Assembly: GCA_039799965.1 (NCBI GenBank)
Contig: JBDLRS010000011.1
Coordinates: 1,234 to 65,233, forward strand
Source: Pseudomonadota bacterium
GTDB taxonomy: Bacteria > Bdellovibrionota_C > UBA2361 > OMII01
Direction: 5' to 3'
DNA length: 64,000 nucleotides
Below are positions 29,470-39,410 of this stretch, one piece after another. The stretch's first letter is position 1. Every line of letters starts with the position of its first letter. The notes beneath the pieces were generated by a model that saw only the letters and a list, made by a program, of their open reading frames with translations, was not told the origin of the DNA and did no database searches. Made by a program: the position numbers and the translations under genes.

Positions 29470-30851
29470 TTGGCTTTGAGGCAGTTTACCAGCCCCTCGC
29501 ACACCTTCTTCGCGTCTCCGAAGATCAGCGAGCAGTTATCGAGGTAGAACAGGTCGTTTTCGACACCTGAATAGCCTGGGTTCATGGAGCGTTTGATGAC
29601 ATAGACCATCTTCGATTTGTACGCCTCAAGGATGGGCATGCCGTAGAGTGGGCTCGACGTATTGGTACGTGCCGCTGGATTAACCACGTCATTGGCTCCG
29701 ATGACGAGAACCGCATCGGCGCGAGCGAAGTCAGGGTTAATCTCCTCAAGTTCGAGAACTGAATCGTAGGGGATCTCCGATTCAGCCAGGAGCACGTTCA
29801 TGTGTCCAGGCATACGGCCAGCAACCGGGTGAATCGCGAATTTAACCTCAACTCCTCGCGATTGAAGTTGCTCAAAGAGCTCTTTGACTGCGTGCTGCGC
29901 TTGCGCGACCGCCATACCGTACCCAGGCACGACGATGACGCTCGAGGCGTTTTCGAACATGAACGCGGCATCCTCAGTGCTTGCCGACCGACATGATCTC
30001 TTCGACGCGTCTGCGGCGGCTGCCTCTGCTGTTGTTCCAAATCCACCGAGAATAACATTCATGAGAGAACGGTTCATCGCCTTACACATGATGTAGGAGA
30101 GGATAGCTCCGCTGGAACCAACGAGAGCGCCCGTAGCGATGAGCAGTTGATTGTTGAGTGTGAATCCGGTGGCTGACGCAGCCCAGCCCGAGTAGGAGTT
30201 AAGCATCGATACAACCACCGGCATATCCGAGCCTCCAATCGGGAGTACAAGAAGGAATCCAAGTAGGAGGGCAATAGCCGTTACCGCCACGAAGAGTGTG
30301 ATAGTGTGGTCGTACGCGAAGAGCGCCGATAGCACCACGACAGCCCCGATCAGGAGCGCGTTGAGCGCATGCTGTCCCTTGAAAATGAGCGGGGCCGACC
30401 CGAGCAGTGCTTGGAGTTTTCCAAACGCGATGAGCGACCCGGTAAAGGTTATAGCGCCGATTGCGCTTCCGACCACAAGCTCAGTGAGAAGCACAGCGTT
30501 GGTGTGTCCATCATGAACGTGCATGAGGTAGGTTCCGGAGGCGACTAACACGGCGGCGAGGCCTACGAAGCTATGCAGAGCTGCGACGAGTTGTGGCATA
30601 GCGGTCATCTTGATCCGCATCGCGAGTGGAACTCCGATTACCGCGCCTGCTGCGAGGCCGCCGAAGATGATGCCGTAGTTTGAGACGTTGGGGTGAAAGA
30701 GGGTAACGACGATGGCGAAAGCCATGCCGAGCATCGAGAAGAGATTTCCTCGAAGGGCGGTCTTGGGATGACTGAGTCCTTTGAGCCCGAAGATAAACAT
30801 GATCGATGCGACAAGGTACGCGAAGGCGAAGAAGTCGTGAGGTAGATTCAT
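29466..30851 (-). CDS. pntB: NAD(P) transhydrogenase subunit beta
   Basis: 461 aa with multi-TM N-terminal half and soluble dIII NADP(H) domain (GYGMAVAQAQ...). Its stop codon (CTA on +) is the CTAG flank of the MITE. Confidence 0.9.
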   Translation of the reverse strand: MNLPHDFFAFAYLVASIMFIFGLKGLSHPKTALRGNLFSMLGMAFAIVVTLFHPNVSNYGIIFGGLAAGAVIGVPLAMRIKMTAMPQLVAALHSFVGLAAVLVASGTYLMHVHDGHTNAVLLTELVVGSAIGAITFTGSLIAFGKLQALLGSAPLIFKGQHALNALLIGAVVVLSALFAYDHTITLFVAVTAIALLLGFLLVLPIGGSDMPVVVSMLNSYSGWAASATGFTLNNQLLIATGALVGSSGAILSYIMCKAMNRSLMNVILGGFGTTAEAAAADASKRSCRSASTEDAAFMFENASSVIVVPGYGMAVAQAQHAVKELFEQLQSRGVEVKFAIHPVAGRMPGHMNVLLAESEIPYDSVLELEEINPDFARADAVLVIGANDVVNPAARTNTSSPLYGMPILEAYKSKMVYVIKRSMNPGYSGVENDLFYLDNCSLIFGDAKKVCEGLVNCLKAN

Positions 30852-30865
30852 ATAGGGGCTCTCAG

Positions 30866-31153
30866 CTATTTCTTTTTGAACATCGCTAAAATGCGATTAG
30901 TCACCACAAAACCACCGAAGATATTGATTGCGGCCAACATGACCGCGAAGAATCCTAAAACCTGAATCCATACCGATTGATTCGCTTGAGGCGAGCCCGC
31001 GACGAGCATCGCGCCGATCACCAGGATGGCGCTGATGGCGTTGGTTACCGCCATCAGCGGGGTGTGGAGCGCCGGTGTGACTCCCCAGATAACGTGGTAT
31101 CCCACGAAACAGGCGAGGGTAAATACGTATATGGCGGTCATCGTTGGTGACAT
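30866..31153 (-). CDS. pntA: NAD(P) transhydrogenase subunit alpha part 2 (membrane dII segment)
   Basis: 95-aa protein of about 3 TM helices between pntA part 1 and pntB. Confidence 0.8.
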   Translation of the reverse strand: MSPTMTAIYVFTLACFVGYHVIWGVTPALHTPLMAVTNAISAILVIGAMLVAGSPQANQSVWIQVLGFFAVMLAAINIFGGFVVTNRILAMFKKK

Positions 31154-31160
31154 AGCGCTC

Positions 31161-32306
31161 CTATTTTCCTTTCAAGCGTAAGATGCCTTGGTGAACGAGC
31201 AACGACGCTTCGATGATGTCGTCCTCAAGGTTCACAATAAACGTTGATTCTCCGCTATCGCGGGGTTTAACGAAGAGATCGAAGAGGGAGACGAGGTTCC
31301 GAGCGAAGAAGCTGCTTGAGTCGGTCGCCATCATCGCTGGGTAGTTCGTGTGCCCCACGATCTTTACCCCCTTGTAGTCAACGATCTCATCAGGCTTGCT
31401 GAGCGGGCAGTTTCCTCCGCTTGGCGTCGCCATATCAACGACCACTGAGCCGCACCGCATAGAGGCAACAACCGACTCAGAAACGAGGAGTGGAGCTTTG
31501 CGACCTGGCACGTTCGCGGTGGAGATGATGATGTCGCTTTTTGAGAGCTTCTCATCGAGGGCATCTTGGATCCTCTTTTTTGATTCCTCAGAGAGCTCTT
31601 TCGCGTAGCCCCCCTCACCGGAGCCCGATTCCTCAAGCTTTATCTCTATCGGTTTCGCTCCAAGGGAGAGGATCTGTTCGCGCGTCTCCGGACGGACGTC
31701 GTACGCTTCGACCGTAGCACCGAGTTTTCTGGCTGTCGCGATCGCTTGAAGTCCCGCAACTCCGGCGCCGAGAACGGTAACCTTCGTGGCCTTCGCGGAT
31801 CCCGCGGAGGTCATCATCATCGGAAAGAATCGTCCGTAGTGGTGTGCCGCCTCAAGCACCGCGCGATACCCAGCGATACCCGCCTGCGAGGAGAGAACGT
31901 CCATCGCCTGAGCGCGAGAGGTTCGTGGAATCGCCTCAAGCGCGAGCGCGTCTACCTTTTCCCTCGCGAACCGTTCCAGGAGATGCGCGTTGCGGTGCGG
32001 CTCAAGAAGCGACACGATCATCGCGCCCGATTGAATACGAGAGCTTTCGTGCTCAGTGGGAGGTGCAATCTTGGTTACGAGGTGAGTCGCCCATACCTCT
32101 CGCGGAGAGACGATCGTAGCGCCAACGGCGTCGTAGTCCTCATCTCGGAAACCGGCCGAGAGTCCCGCGCCCTCCTCAATGTGAATGTCGAAGCCATATT
32201 TGGCGAGGCGTTTAACGGAGTCGGGGGTTGCCGCTACACGGGTCTCTCCCTTGCCGGTTTCCTTCGGTACGCCAATCGAGATGCGTCTATCCATAGTGGT
32301 GCCCAC
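31161..32306 (-). CDS. pntA: NAD(P) transhydrogenase subunit alpha part 1 (dI, alanine-dehydrogenase-like)
   Basis: 381 aa. NAD-binding motif [22 protein letters not shown]. Confidence 0.85.
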   Translation of the reverse strand: MGTTMDRRISIGVPKETGKGETRVAATPDSVKRLAKYGFDIHIEEGAGLSAGFRDEDYDAVGATIVSPREVWATHLVTKIAPPTEHESSRIQSGAMIVSLLEPHRNAHLLERFAREKVDALALEAIPRTSRAQAMDVLSSQAGIAGYRAVLEAAHHYGRFFPMMMTSAGSAKATKVTVLGAGVAGLQAIATARKLGATVEAYDVRPETREQILSLGAKPIEIKLEESGSGEGGYAKELSEESKKRIQDALDEKLSKSDIIISTANVPGRKAPLLVSESVVASMRCGSVVVDMATPSGGNCPLSKPDEIVDYKGVKIVGHTNYPAMMATDSSSFFARNLVSLFDLFVKPRDSGESTFIVNLEDDIIEASLLVHQGILRLKGK

Positions 32307-32514
32307 CGTTTGCGGTATGTGTAGCCATACAAGATCGTCCCGCTCGACGGCAGGGCAACCTCGTATAGGGTAAGTCGGTTGCGGGGGAAGGGAACTTGAG
32401 TGCTGGTAGTTCGTAGGGAGTGATCGTACGTGGGCTTATGGTAAGTTGCTTAAAACACTTCGTTCGCTGCTAGGCGAAGGGGGACCGGGTCGCCCAAATG
32501 TCCCTATCGCGCAC

Positions 32515-33906
32515 CTACTGCCGTTTAATCCACAACTCTTTGTCCCGCATGAGGGTGGACAGGGAGACACCCTCTTCGACCTGGATGGTTATCTCAACCG
32601 TATCCCCCGCAACTTTCGGTGTAGCAGCCAATATCCCCTTGAACTCCGCTGGGGGGTACTGCGGAAGGGCGAGGCCTAGGTTAGCGAGACCGCACTTAGA
32701 GATGACTACCTTGTAGGTTGTTGGATCTACCTTGCTCATCTGAGCTTGGGCGTTTCCTTGGGTCAACGAGAGCCTGAACGCTTCTTTATGGTCAGGCTCA
32801 AGGAATGAGAACTCCGCCCGTTGCACCGTAAAGTCGGTAACGGGGGCCGCCGGAACTGTGTTAGCGCGAAGTCCTGATAACGAGTTCGGTTTAATTGCAG
32901 ATGAATTCGTCGTGCTGGTCTGCATATCCTTCGTTACGAGCCCGGGTGATTGTGCGGTAGGAGCGGCTGGCGGTGCCTTCGGCACCTTCTCCTCAGAGAG
33001 GTCCGACTGTTCGAGATCCTCCAAGGGAACGTCGACGAGATCTTCGCCCTCAAACTCGGTAATGTCCGGAAGCTCCTCTCCCCGTTCTAGTGCTTGTGAT
33101 GCTTTCGCTACCTCTTTGTCGAGGGCATCCTCAAGTTCCTTGTCGGTCATGTCTGGAAGTTTTGGTGCGGTAGTAGTCGGGTGTTGTTCCACCGTTGGCA
33201 GCGTGGTCGGGGCGGGGGGTGGCGCGAGCGTTGGCGCTTTCGTTGGCAGTGGGGTTGGCAGTTGGGTTGGCAGTGGGGTTGATGTCAGGGTCGGCTTGAG
33301 CGTCGGTGCTTGTGATGGAACCGCTGTAGGAGGGCTCGTTGGAGCTGCTGCCTCGACCACTCGAGTGGCAACCACCGGCGCCTTGGTCACCGGCGGCTTG
33401 GTAGGCTCGACTGGAGGAACGACAGGAGGCACAGGTGCCGTTCCTGATTCAACGATACGCAACGTGGCCTGTCGAGGGCTTTCACGCCATTCATACTGAG
33501 GCGCTGCGGTTGTGGCGAGATCGATTACGATTCTCAATTTGTCGGCGTGCGCTCCAAGGCGAATCATCTTTATGGCAGAGTTCTTGGGTGGTACCAAATT
33601 TTCGCTCGTCTTGATCACGACCCCCTGAAAGTCGACAACGATGCGGGATGGATTTTGGAGCGCGAAGGACTCGACCTTCGCGTCTTGCGGGACCATAATT
33701 TTGAGAAGAAGGATGGTTCGCTCGGGTGTGCGCTCACGATCGATGATGATCGTGACCTTTTGTTTCGAAGAGAGGGTCGATGCCACCACGGCCTCCTGGC
33801 CCGTCTGAGCAGAGGCAGATTCAATCGGATACACCCCGGTAGCGAGAAGCGAGGCTGTGATAGTGAGGAGGGGGCCGAGGGATAATGAGTGTCGAGAGCG
33901 ATTCAT
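32515..33906 (-). CDS. secreted AMIN-domain protein with long Pro/Thr-rich linker
   Basis: Signal peptide present. AMIN-like N-domain (RIVVDFQGVVI...LRIVIDL). About 110-aa P/T/A/V low-complexity region encoded by imperfect GGTTGGCAGTGG tandem repeats (33229..33290). Followed by a C-terminal globular domain. Confidence 0.5.
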   Translation of the reverse strand: MNRSRHSLSLGPLLTITASLLATGVYPIESASAQTGQEAVVASTLSSKQKVTIIIDRERTPERTILLLKIMVPQDAKVESFALQNPSRIVVDFQGVVIKTSENLVPPKNSAIKMIRLGAHADKLRIVIDLATTAAPQYEWRESPRQATLRIVESGTAPVPPVVPPVEPTKPPVTKAPVVATRVVEAAAPTSPPTAVPSQAPTLKPTLTSTPLPTQLPTPLPTKAPTLAPPPAPTTLPTVEQHPTTTAPKLPDMTDKELEDALDKEVAKASQALERGEELPDITEFEGEDLVDVPLEDLEQSDLSEEKVPKAPPAAPTAQSPGLVTKDMQTSTTNSSAIKPNSLSGLRANTVPAAPVTDFTVQRAEFSFLEPDHKEAFRLSLTQGNAQAQMSKVDPTTYKVVISKCGLANLGLALPQYPPAEFKGILAATPKVAGDTVEITIQVEEGVSLSTLMRDKELWIKRQ

Positions 33907-34146
33907 ATGGTCGTTGACTGAATGGGCTAAGGGAACTCAAACGCTCCTCTCACCTACCTTTATGGCCATCTTGTGGACGGGCTAGTCGGGGCAGAGGGGC
34001 GTGTGTAGTTCGCACTCCAGAATACACGCTAGCCCTAATCATCTCTCGCAACCGCTGGAGTCGCAAGTTACGAAACGAGGGTGGAGGTCCCTTTAGCGGC
34101 TCGTTTATGGCGCTCGCCGGGCTCGAAAGGAGGGGATGACCGCGGG

Positions 34147-34926
34147 TTACGCCCCAATGGCCGCTTGAATCTCCTGCTTGATGGCGTTTTGTTTCTCCAG
34201 CGCGGTCTGTTCGGCCATCGCCCGGCGTCTCTCCATCGCACTAATGAGTTTTCGCTGACAGGCCGTAAGTTGAGCGGTATGCTTGCTTGAGAGACTCCAA
34301 AGTTGCTCCTCTCCGCTTGCATCACGCACCGATATCATGAGGGGGCGTTGACCACCGAAGTCCTCATCCAACTCCTCGGTGCTGATCGAGATCTCTTCGG
34401 ACAAGTGGTGCGCAAACTCTCGTTGCGAGCCGAACGGAGTCTCAGAGAACATCACAATAGAGTCTGGAAAGAGGACGATCCAAACCGGCATGGGCCCACG
34501 AGGCCCTTCTAGGCCGTCCGGTGAGAGATTCTCCTCTGTTGGCTGGCTCTCAGACCCCACCCGCTCCAGAAACCCCTTAAACTGAGCGTGTGGAACGAGG
34601 TATTCCCCGTTGGCTTGCTGCGCATAGAAACAGGCGGCCGCTCGGGCCGCGGTATACTCCACGATAAGCTTAGGCTTGAGTGAGTGCCATGCTTTGGAGG
34701 TCGCCACTTGGAAGGCGAATGGGACGATCAGAAAGGTGCCCCAAAAAAACCACTGCTCCCGCATGCCGACCGCCATAGCCCATCCAAACAGTAACACTAT
34801 GAGGATGGTTGAAATGGCAGTTGATTGAGCTTGCGAGACGACCGCCGCGCGCTCCTCTGACGGTATCTTTTGCCAGATGTCGTGCAGCAGTGCTTCGTTT
34901 ACTGAATTTGTTTCCATCGACCCCAA
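34147..34926 (-). CDS. hypothetical membrane protein (2 TM)
   Basis: 259 aa. Two adjacent hydrophobic helices (ISTILIVLLFGWAMAVG; WFFWGTFLIVPFAFQVA), then a soluble domain. Confidence 0.35.
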   Translation of the reverse strand: MGSMETNSVNEALLHDIWQKIPSEERAAVVSQAQSTAISTILIVLLFGWAMAVGMREQWFFWGTFLIVPFAFQVATSKAWHSLKPKLIVEYTAARAAACFYAQQANGEYLVPHAQFKGFLERVGSESQPTEENLSPDGLEGPRGPMPVWIVLFPDSIVMFSETPFGSQREFAHHLSEEISISTEELDEDFGGQRPLMISVRDASGEEQLWSLSSKHTAQLTACQRKLISAMERRRAMAEQTALEKQNAIKQEIQAAIGA

Positions 34927-35083
34927 GGAAATAATTACCTGCCCTCGTCCCGCGCAGCTACTAACCTATTAATCCGGCAAGACTACTAAAGCCTTTCCGT
35001 TCGGGTGTCTCATGGTTAGCACAAGTCGTACCGTGCGATCGGGGGCGAGGCAACTTTTAGGTAAAGTTCCCGAACAGAGCGAT

Positions 35084-36616
35084 ATGTTTGCTACCGTTCA
35101 TTCAAGTTGTGTGGTTGGCCTCGACGCCCTCCCGGTACAGGTCGAGTTATCCGTTCGGGGAGGTCAAAAGCGGTTCACCGTTTTGGGCCTTGGGGGGACC
35201 GCTGTCCGCGAGTCGCGGGACCGTATCGTGTCAGCGTTGGAGCATAGCGGCTTTGACGCCGGTCAGGAGATCCTCGTCAACCTAGCGCCCGCTGAGGTGA
35301 AGAAGGAGAGCGCCGCGTTCGACCTTCCAATCGCTGTCGCTCTCGCGTGCGCCCTCGGAGGGGTGCCGCAGCAGTCGCTGCATGATCTGGCGTTCTGTGG
35401 GGAGCTCTCTCTGACCGGCGAGGTAAAAGAGACCCCGGGAATCACCGCGCACGCGGTTGCGGCCGCTCAACAGAGGCGAAAGGTCATCGTGGTGCCGGAT
35501 GCTAACGGAGCCGAGGCCGCGGTGGTTCAAGGTGTGCGGGTGCTGGGAGTTCAAACCCTTTCACAGGTAATTCGAATACTCAACGGCAGGGAGGAGGCCC
35601 GATATCACACCTGCGCTCCTCTCGCCTCTCGGTATGAACCCAAGAGTTTCGACGATGTGGTCGGACAACACGCCGCGAAGCGAGCGCTCACCATAGCGGC
35701 AGCCGGAGCTCATAATCTTTTGATGATAGGTCCGCCCGGTTGCGGCAAGAGTATGCTCGCCGAGCGTCTCGCCTCGCTCCTTCCACCACTTTCATCCGCG
35801 GAGATGTTGGAGGTGTTGCGAATTCATAGCATCGCTGGGCAGCCGACTGAGCCCGTTCTCTCCGGGGTGCGCCCATTTAGGACCCCGCATTATGTGATTA
35901 GCGACGTAGGGCTGATCGGTGGAGGATTGGGCCCTCGCCCGGGTGAGATCAGCCTTGCGCACCGTGGCGTTCTCTTCCTTGATGAGTTTCCGGAGTTTCG
36001 GCGAACTACGGTCGAGTCTCTTCGTTCCCCACTTGAAGTGGGTTGGGTGCAGGTCGCTCGCGCGCGCGCCTCCGTTAACTTTCCAGCCCGTTTCCAATTA
36101 ATCGCAGCGATGAATCCCTGTCCATGTGGTCGTTTCGGTTCAAAGGGTGGCGGATGTCGATGTCCTCATCACGCTATCCGCGACTACATCGCTAAATTAT
36201 CTCAACCGATCCTTGACCGGATCGATATGCACGTCGAGCTCGAATCCGTTGAGGTAGAGGACCTTGTCTCCCCGCCTATCATAAAGACGAATCAACACGC
36301 CTCGCTCGCTGAGGCGGTGCGTAGGGCGAGGGCGCGGCAGCTAGAGCGATACGGGACCCTCAACAATGAGGTTTCTGATGGGGTCATTCGTGAGAGCGCG
36401 GAGGTTACGCCAGGCGCTCGTGAACTCCTCACCCAGGCGATTAAACGGCTTGGAATGAGCGCGCGCGGTTACGTTCGTGTGCTTCGAGTCGCACGCACCA
36501 TCGCCGATCTCGCTGAGAGCGACCAGATAGACGAGGAGACGATCGCCGAGGCTATCTCGTATCGGTCATTGGATCGATTGTCGAATGTGGTGCATGGGGT
36601 GCGAAGGGGAGGGTAG
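35084..36616 (+). CDS. comM: YifB/ComM family Mg-chelatase-like AAA+ ATPase
   Basis: Lon-like N-domain, Walker A LMIGPPGCGKSMLA, Walker B VLFLDEFPEF, Cys-rich segment CPCGRFGSKGGGCRCP. Start chosen at ATG 35084 (MFATVHSS...). Confidence 0.85.
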   Translation: MFATVHSSCVVGLDALPVQVELSVRGGQKRFTVLGLGGTAVRESRDRIVSALEHSGFDAGQEILVNLAPAEVKKESAAFDLPIAVALACALGGVPQQSLHDLAFCGELSLTGEVKETPGITAHAVAAAQQRRKVIVVPDANGAEAAVVQGVRVLGVQTLSQVIRILNGREEARYHTCAPLASRYEPKSFDDVVGQHAAKRALTIAAAGAHNLLMIGPPGCGKSMLAERLASLLPPLSSAEMLEVLRIHSIAGQPTEPVLSGVRPFRTPHYVISDVGLIGGGLGPRPGEISLAHRGVLFLDEFPEFRRTTVESLRSPLEVGWVQVARARASVNFPARFQLIAAMNPCPCGRFGSKGGGCRCPHHAIRDYIAKLSQPILDRIDMHVELESVEVEDLVSPPIIKTNQHASLAEAVRRARARQLERYGTLNNEVSDGVIRESAEVTPGARELLTQAIKRLGMSARGYVRVLRVARTIADLAESDQIDEETIAEAISYRSLDRLSNVVHGVRRGG

Positions 36617-36774
36617 GTCCGATAGGGGCTGTGTCCCCACGGGCCGGAATTGCGACTACATTTTCGATTTGGGTCGTTCGTCGCCATTCAATTCGGAAGC
36701 GCCGCACATATCCGGCCCGTGAGGGGCATGGGTGCTCCTGTTTAGTTTTGGCGGATCTCTCCGATTCCCCTCTC

Positions 36775-37185
36775 TCATCCCTCCACCCTCAACAAGATCT
36801 CTCGATTCCTCACTCCATCCGCCCCTGATTCCGCCCCTGATTCCGCCCCTGATTCCTCCACGACGATACCCTTATTGGAGATCTCGACAACGCGCGCTCC
36901 TCTGTCTCCAATAATCGTCCCTCGCTCGACCTTGTATCCGACCCCTTCAGGGTTCTCGACGCTCGCAAAACGCTCGCCTTGGGCGTTCGTGATAATGGCG
37001 GTGAGGGTGAGCGCATTCAGAGGGTATCGCTGAAGGGGAGGTATGGCGGTCAGTGGTCGAGGGGTAGGTGTCGTATCTATCGGTTGAAAGAGGTTGCGTC
37101 GGGTTAGGGGCGACTCTCCATGGGCGTACGGGCACCCGATGCACAGCAGGAAAGCAAAGGTTACAGTGGGGGCGAATCTGTTCAT
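36775..37185 (-). CDS. small secreted (lipo)protein with C-terminal (ESGA)3 repeat
   Basis: ATG at 37185 gives MNRFAPTVTFAFLLCIGCPYAHG. The track ORF extends upstream only through repeat-derived sequence. The C-terminal ESGAESGAESGA comes from CCGCCCCTGATT x3 at 36819..36855. Confidence 0.35.
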   Translation of the reverse strand: MNRFAPTVTFAFLLCIGCPYAHGESPLTRRNLFQPIDTTPTPRPLTAIPPLQRYPLNALTLTAIITNAQGERFASVENPEGVGYKVERGTIIGDRGARVVEISNKGIVVEESGAESGAESGADGVRNREILLRVEG

Positions 37186-37275
37186 GCGCGCTCTCCAGAA
37201 GAGATGAATCGAGAATGGTGCGGCTGAGGAGGGGGTATCGAGAGTGCGGTTAAAAAGGTGCGTCTCTGCGCCTCG

Positions 37276-37362
37276 GAGCGGATTTCCGATGAAGAAGAAA
37301 TGGAGCGGATTTTCGATGAAGAAGAAATGGAGCGGATTTTCCGATGAAGAGATGGAGCGGAG
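37276..37362. repeat. tandem direct repeat, about 3.3 x 27 bp (GAGCGGATTTTCGATGAAGAAGAAATG)
   Basis: Read directly. It lies immediately next to the tRNA-Pro 3' end. Confidence 0.6.
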
Positions 37363-37405
37363 CGTTGTGAGATTGAGGGTTGTTACCTGAAAATGGACGA
37401 AAAAA

Positions 37406-37480
37406 TCGGGGTGAGAGGATTTGAACCTCCGACCCCTAGTTCCCAAAACTAGTGCTCTAGCCGGGCTGAGCTACACCCCG
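37406..37480 (-). tRNA. tRNA-Pro (anticodon TGG)
   Basis: Minus-strand read: CGGGGTG-TA-GCTCAGCCCGGCTAGAGC-A-CTAGT-TTTGGGA-ACTAG-GGGTC-GGAGG-TTCAAAT-CCTCT-CACCCCG-A. It has a 7-bp acceptor stem, anticodon loop UUUGGGA with G37, and GTTCAAAT T-loop. CCA is not encoded. Confidence 0.85.
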
Positions 37481-37603
37481 ATACGTCCGTAACGTGCTGG
37501 GGAGACTAGCCTCTCTGGCGGATAGAATCAAGCGGGAAGGGAGCCTTTTCGTCGTTGGGGCGGACAAACTCGGCGGTGGACTGAGATTCGGTGTGAGCGC
37601 GGG

Positions 37604-37636
37604 TACGTTCACGTTTACGTGCACGAGCACGTTCAT
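37604..37636. repeat. ACGTKC-type hexamer repeat block (GGGTACGTTCACGTTTACGTGCACGAGCACGTTCA)
   Basis: Near-identical (2 mismatches) to 59538..59574. Related tracts occur at 15071..15097 and, inverted, at 59447..59486. Confidence 0.5.
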
Positions 37637-37727
37637 GGGGGCAGAGGTGCGTGATTCGTTGGAGGATTTTGGGGTGGGTGGCATAGCCTGGGTAAAGTCT
37701 GATATACCAAAACATCTTGGAGGAGTT

Positions 37728-39125
37728 ATGCCCAACTACGTTTCGATTCACGATATTTCCAACGATAAGGTGCCTGTGGGTACGCTCCAGCTCGCTGGCT
37801 GGATCCGAACTCATCGGCAGTCGAAGCGAGTGTCCTTCATCGAGTTGTCGGACGGAACCTCGGTCACGAATCTCCAACTTGTGGTCGACCCGCAGTTGCC
37901 GGCCTATGCGGAGAACGCTTCAAAGCTCTCAACGGGCGCTTCCATTAAGGTTTCAGGAGAGTTGGTCGTGTCTCCGGCAAAGGGGCAGAAGTATGAGTTC
38001 CAGGTTAAGGAGCTTGAGCTCCTGGGAGAGGCTGACCCTGAGATCTACCCACTTCAAAAGAAAGGGCACTCCCTTGAGTTTCTCCGTGAGCAACTTCACC
38101 TTCGACCTCGAACCGCTACGATGGGCGCGGTGCTGCGCATTCGTTCCGCGGCGGCGTTCGCCGTTCATAAGTTCTTTACTGAACGTGGATTCTTCTACAT
38201 CCACACCCCTATTATCAGCACCTCTGATTGTGAGGGAGCTGGCGAGATGTTTCACGTCTCGACGTTCGATCCGGAGAACCCTCCGCGTTTGAACGGCAAG
38301 GTGGACTTTTCTCAGGACTTCTTCAAGGAACCGGCGAGTCTCACCGTTTCAGGGCAACTTGAGGGAGAGATCTGCGCGATGGGTCTCTCAAAGATCTACA
38401 CCTTCGGTCCAACATTCAGGGCCGAGAATTCGAACACGACACGACATCTCGCCGAATTCTGGATGATCGAGCCAGAGATGGCTTTCTACGAGTTGCAAGA
38501 CAATATGCTTCTTGCGCAGGAGTTCGTTCAGGATGTTTTGAAGCAGGTGCTCGCCTCCTCCCGTTCTGAGCTTGAGTTCCTCGCCTCACAGGAGTGGGCG
38601 CAGGAGGGACACCTCGATAACCTTCGTCGCGTTGCGGAGACCCCGTTTACGACGATGGATTACACCGACGCCATTCGCATCCTTGAACAGAGTGGCAAGG
38701 CTTTCGAGTATCACGTGAAGTGGGGGATCGATCTTCAATCTGAGCATGAGCGATTCCTGACGGATGAGTACGTGAAAGGTCCAGTTACCGTTGTGAACTA
38801 CCCGAAGGACATTAAAGCGTTCTATATGCGCCTCAATGAGGACGGTAAGACGGTACGAGCGATGGATGTGCTCGTTCCTCGGTTGGGGGAGATCGTAGGT
38901 GGGTCGCAACGTGAGGAACGCCACGATGTTCTCCTTGAGAAGATCCGCGCCATGGGGCTCGATGAGCGTTCCTACTGGTGGTATCTTGAGCTTCGCAAGT
39001 TCGGTACCGTGCCTCATTCCGGTTTCGGGCTCGGCTTTGAGCGGTTGCTTATGTACCTCACGGGGATGACAAATATCCGAGATGTTATCGGATTCCCTCG
39101 ATTCCCAGGGTTCGCCAAGTTCTAG
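37728..39125 (+). CDS. asnS: asparagine--tRNA ligase
   Basis: Class IIb aaRS with OB-fold N-domain. Motif 3 region GFGLGFERLLMYLTGMTNIRDVIGFPRFPG. ATG (MPNYVSIHDI) is preferred over the track GTG at 37494. Its TAG stop lies in the MITE CTAG. Confidence 0.8.
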   Translation: MPNYVSIHDISNDKVPVGTLQLAGWIRTHRQSKRVSFIELSDGTSVTNLQLVVDPQLPAYAENASKLSTGASIKVSGELVVSPAKGQKYEFQVKELELLGEADPEIYPLQKKGHSLEFLREQLHLRPRTATMGAVLRIRSAAAFAVHKFFTERGFFYIHTPIISTSDCEGAGEMFHVSTFDPENPPRLNGKVDFSQDFFKEPASLTVSGQLEGEICAMGLSKIYTFGPTFRAENSNTTRHLAEFWMIEPEMAFYELQDNMLLAQEFVQDVLKQVLASSRSELEFLASQEWAQEGHLDNLRRVAETPFTTMDYTDAIRILEQSGKAFEYHVKWGIDLQSEHERFLTDEYVKGPVTVVNYPKDIKAFYMRLNEDGKTVRAMDVLVPRLGEIVGGSQREERHDVLLEKIRAMGLDERSYWWYLELRKFGTVPHSGFGLGFERLLMYLTGMTNIRDVIGFPRFPGFAKF

Positions 39126-39310
39126 CAGGGTGGTGAAAAATGGTTCCGTCGTGAGCATTTTGCGAGTTTTGACGAAACGAGGCGGAGACGACGAAAAAAC
39201 CGGAGGCGTATCCAATGAGATACGTTGAGGATCTTTTCGGCGGCTCCAACGAAGTTGCAGTCAAACTATCGAAATGCGCAACAGGAAATCATTTTTCACC
39301 ACCCTGCTAG
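39122..39310. mobile_element. 181-bp MITE-like element, copy 2 (core 39126..39306), CTAG flanks
   Basis: Same perfect TIRs as copy 1, with a few internal substitutions (for example TTGCGAG vs TTGAAAG). Sits between asnS and the ornithine aminotransferase gene. Confidence 0.8.
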
Positions 39311-39410
39311 GGGTAGTATTATCACCTATGCGCTTTGCGGAGCGGCAGGGTATACTAGTGGATATACCCGACACAGCGATGGCGTGTGTCTCCCACGGTA
39401 GTGCATCCCC

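Noticed and set aside
32858-33499. 213-aa Gly/Ser-rich plus-strand ORF
   Set aside because: It is the complement of the Pro/Thr-rich linker of the AMIN protein. It is low-complexity and spurious.
37276-37362. Possibility that the tandem repeats are a CRISPR array
   Set aside because: The repeats are contiguous with no unique spacers and no cas genes. It is a simple tandem (minisatellite-type) repeat.
37186-37446. Upstream part of the 223-aa minus ORF (FFFIENPLHFFFIGNPL)
   Set aside because: It is translated from the 27-bp tandem repeat next to tRNA-Pro. The real protein, if any, starts at ATG 37185 with a signal peptide.
37494-37727. GTG-initiated 78-aa N-terminal extension of asnS given in the ORF track
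   Set aside because: The extension is encoded by the ACGTKC hexamer repeat (TFTFTCTSTF) and precedes a conserved AsnS N-terminus starting at ATG 37728. It is treated as non-coding.
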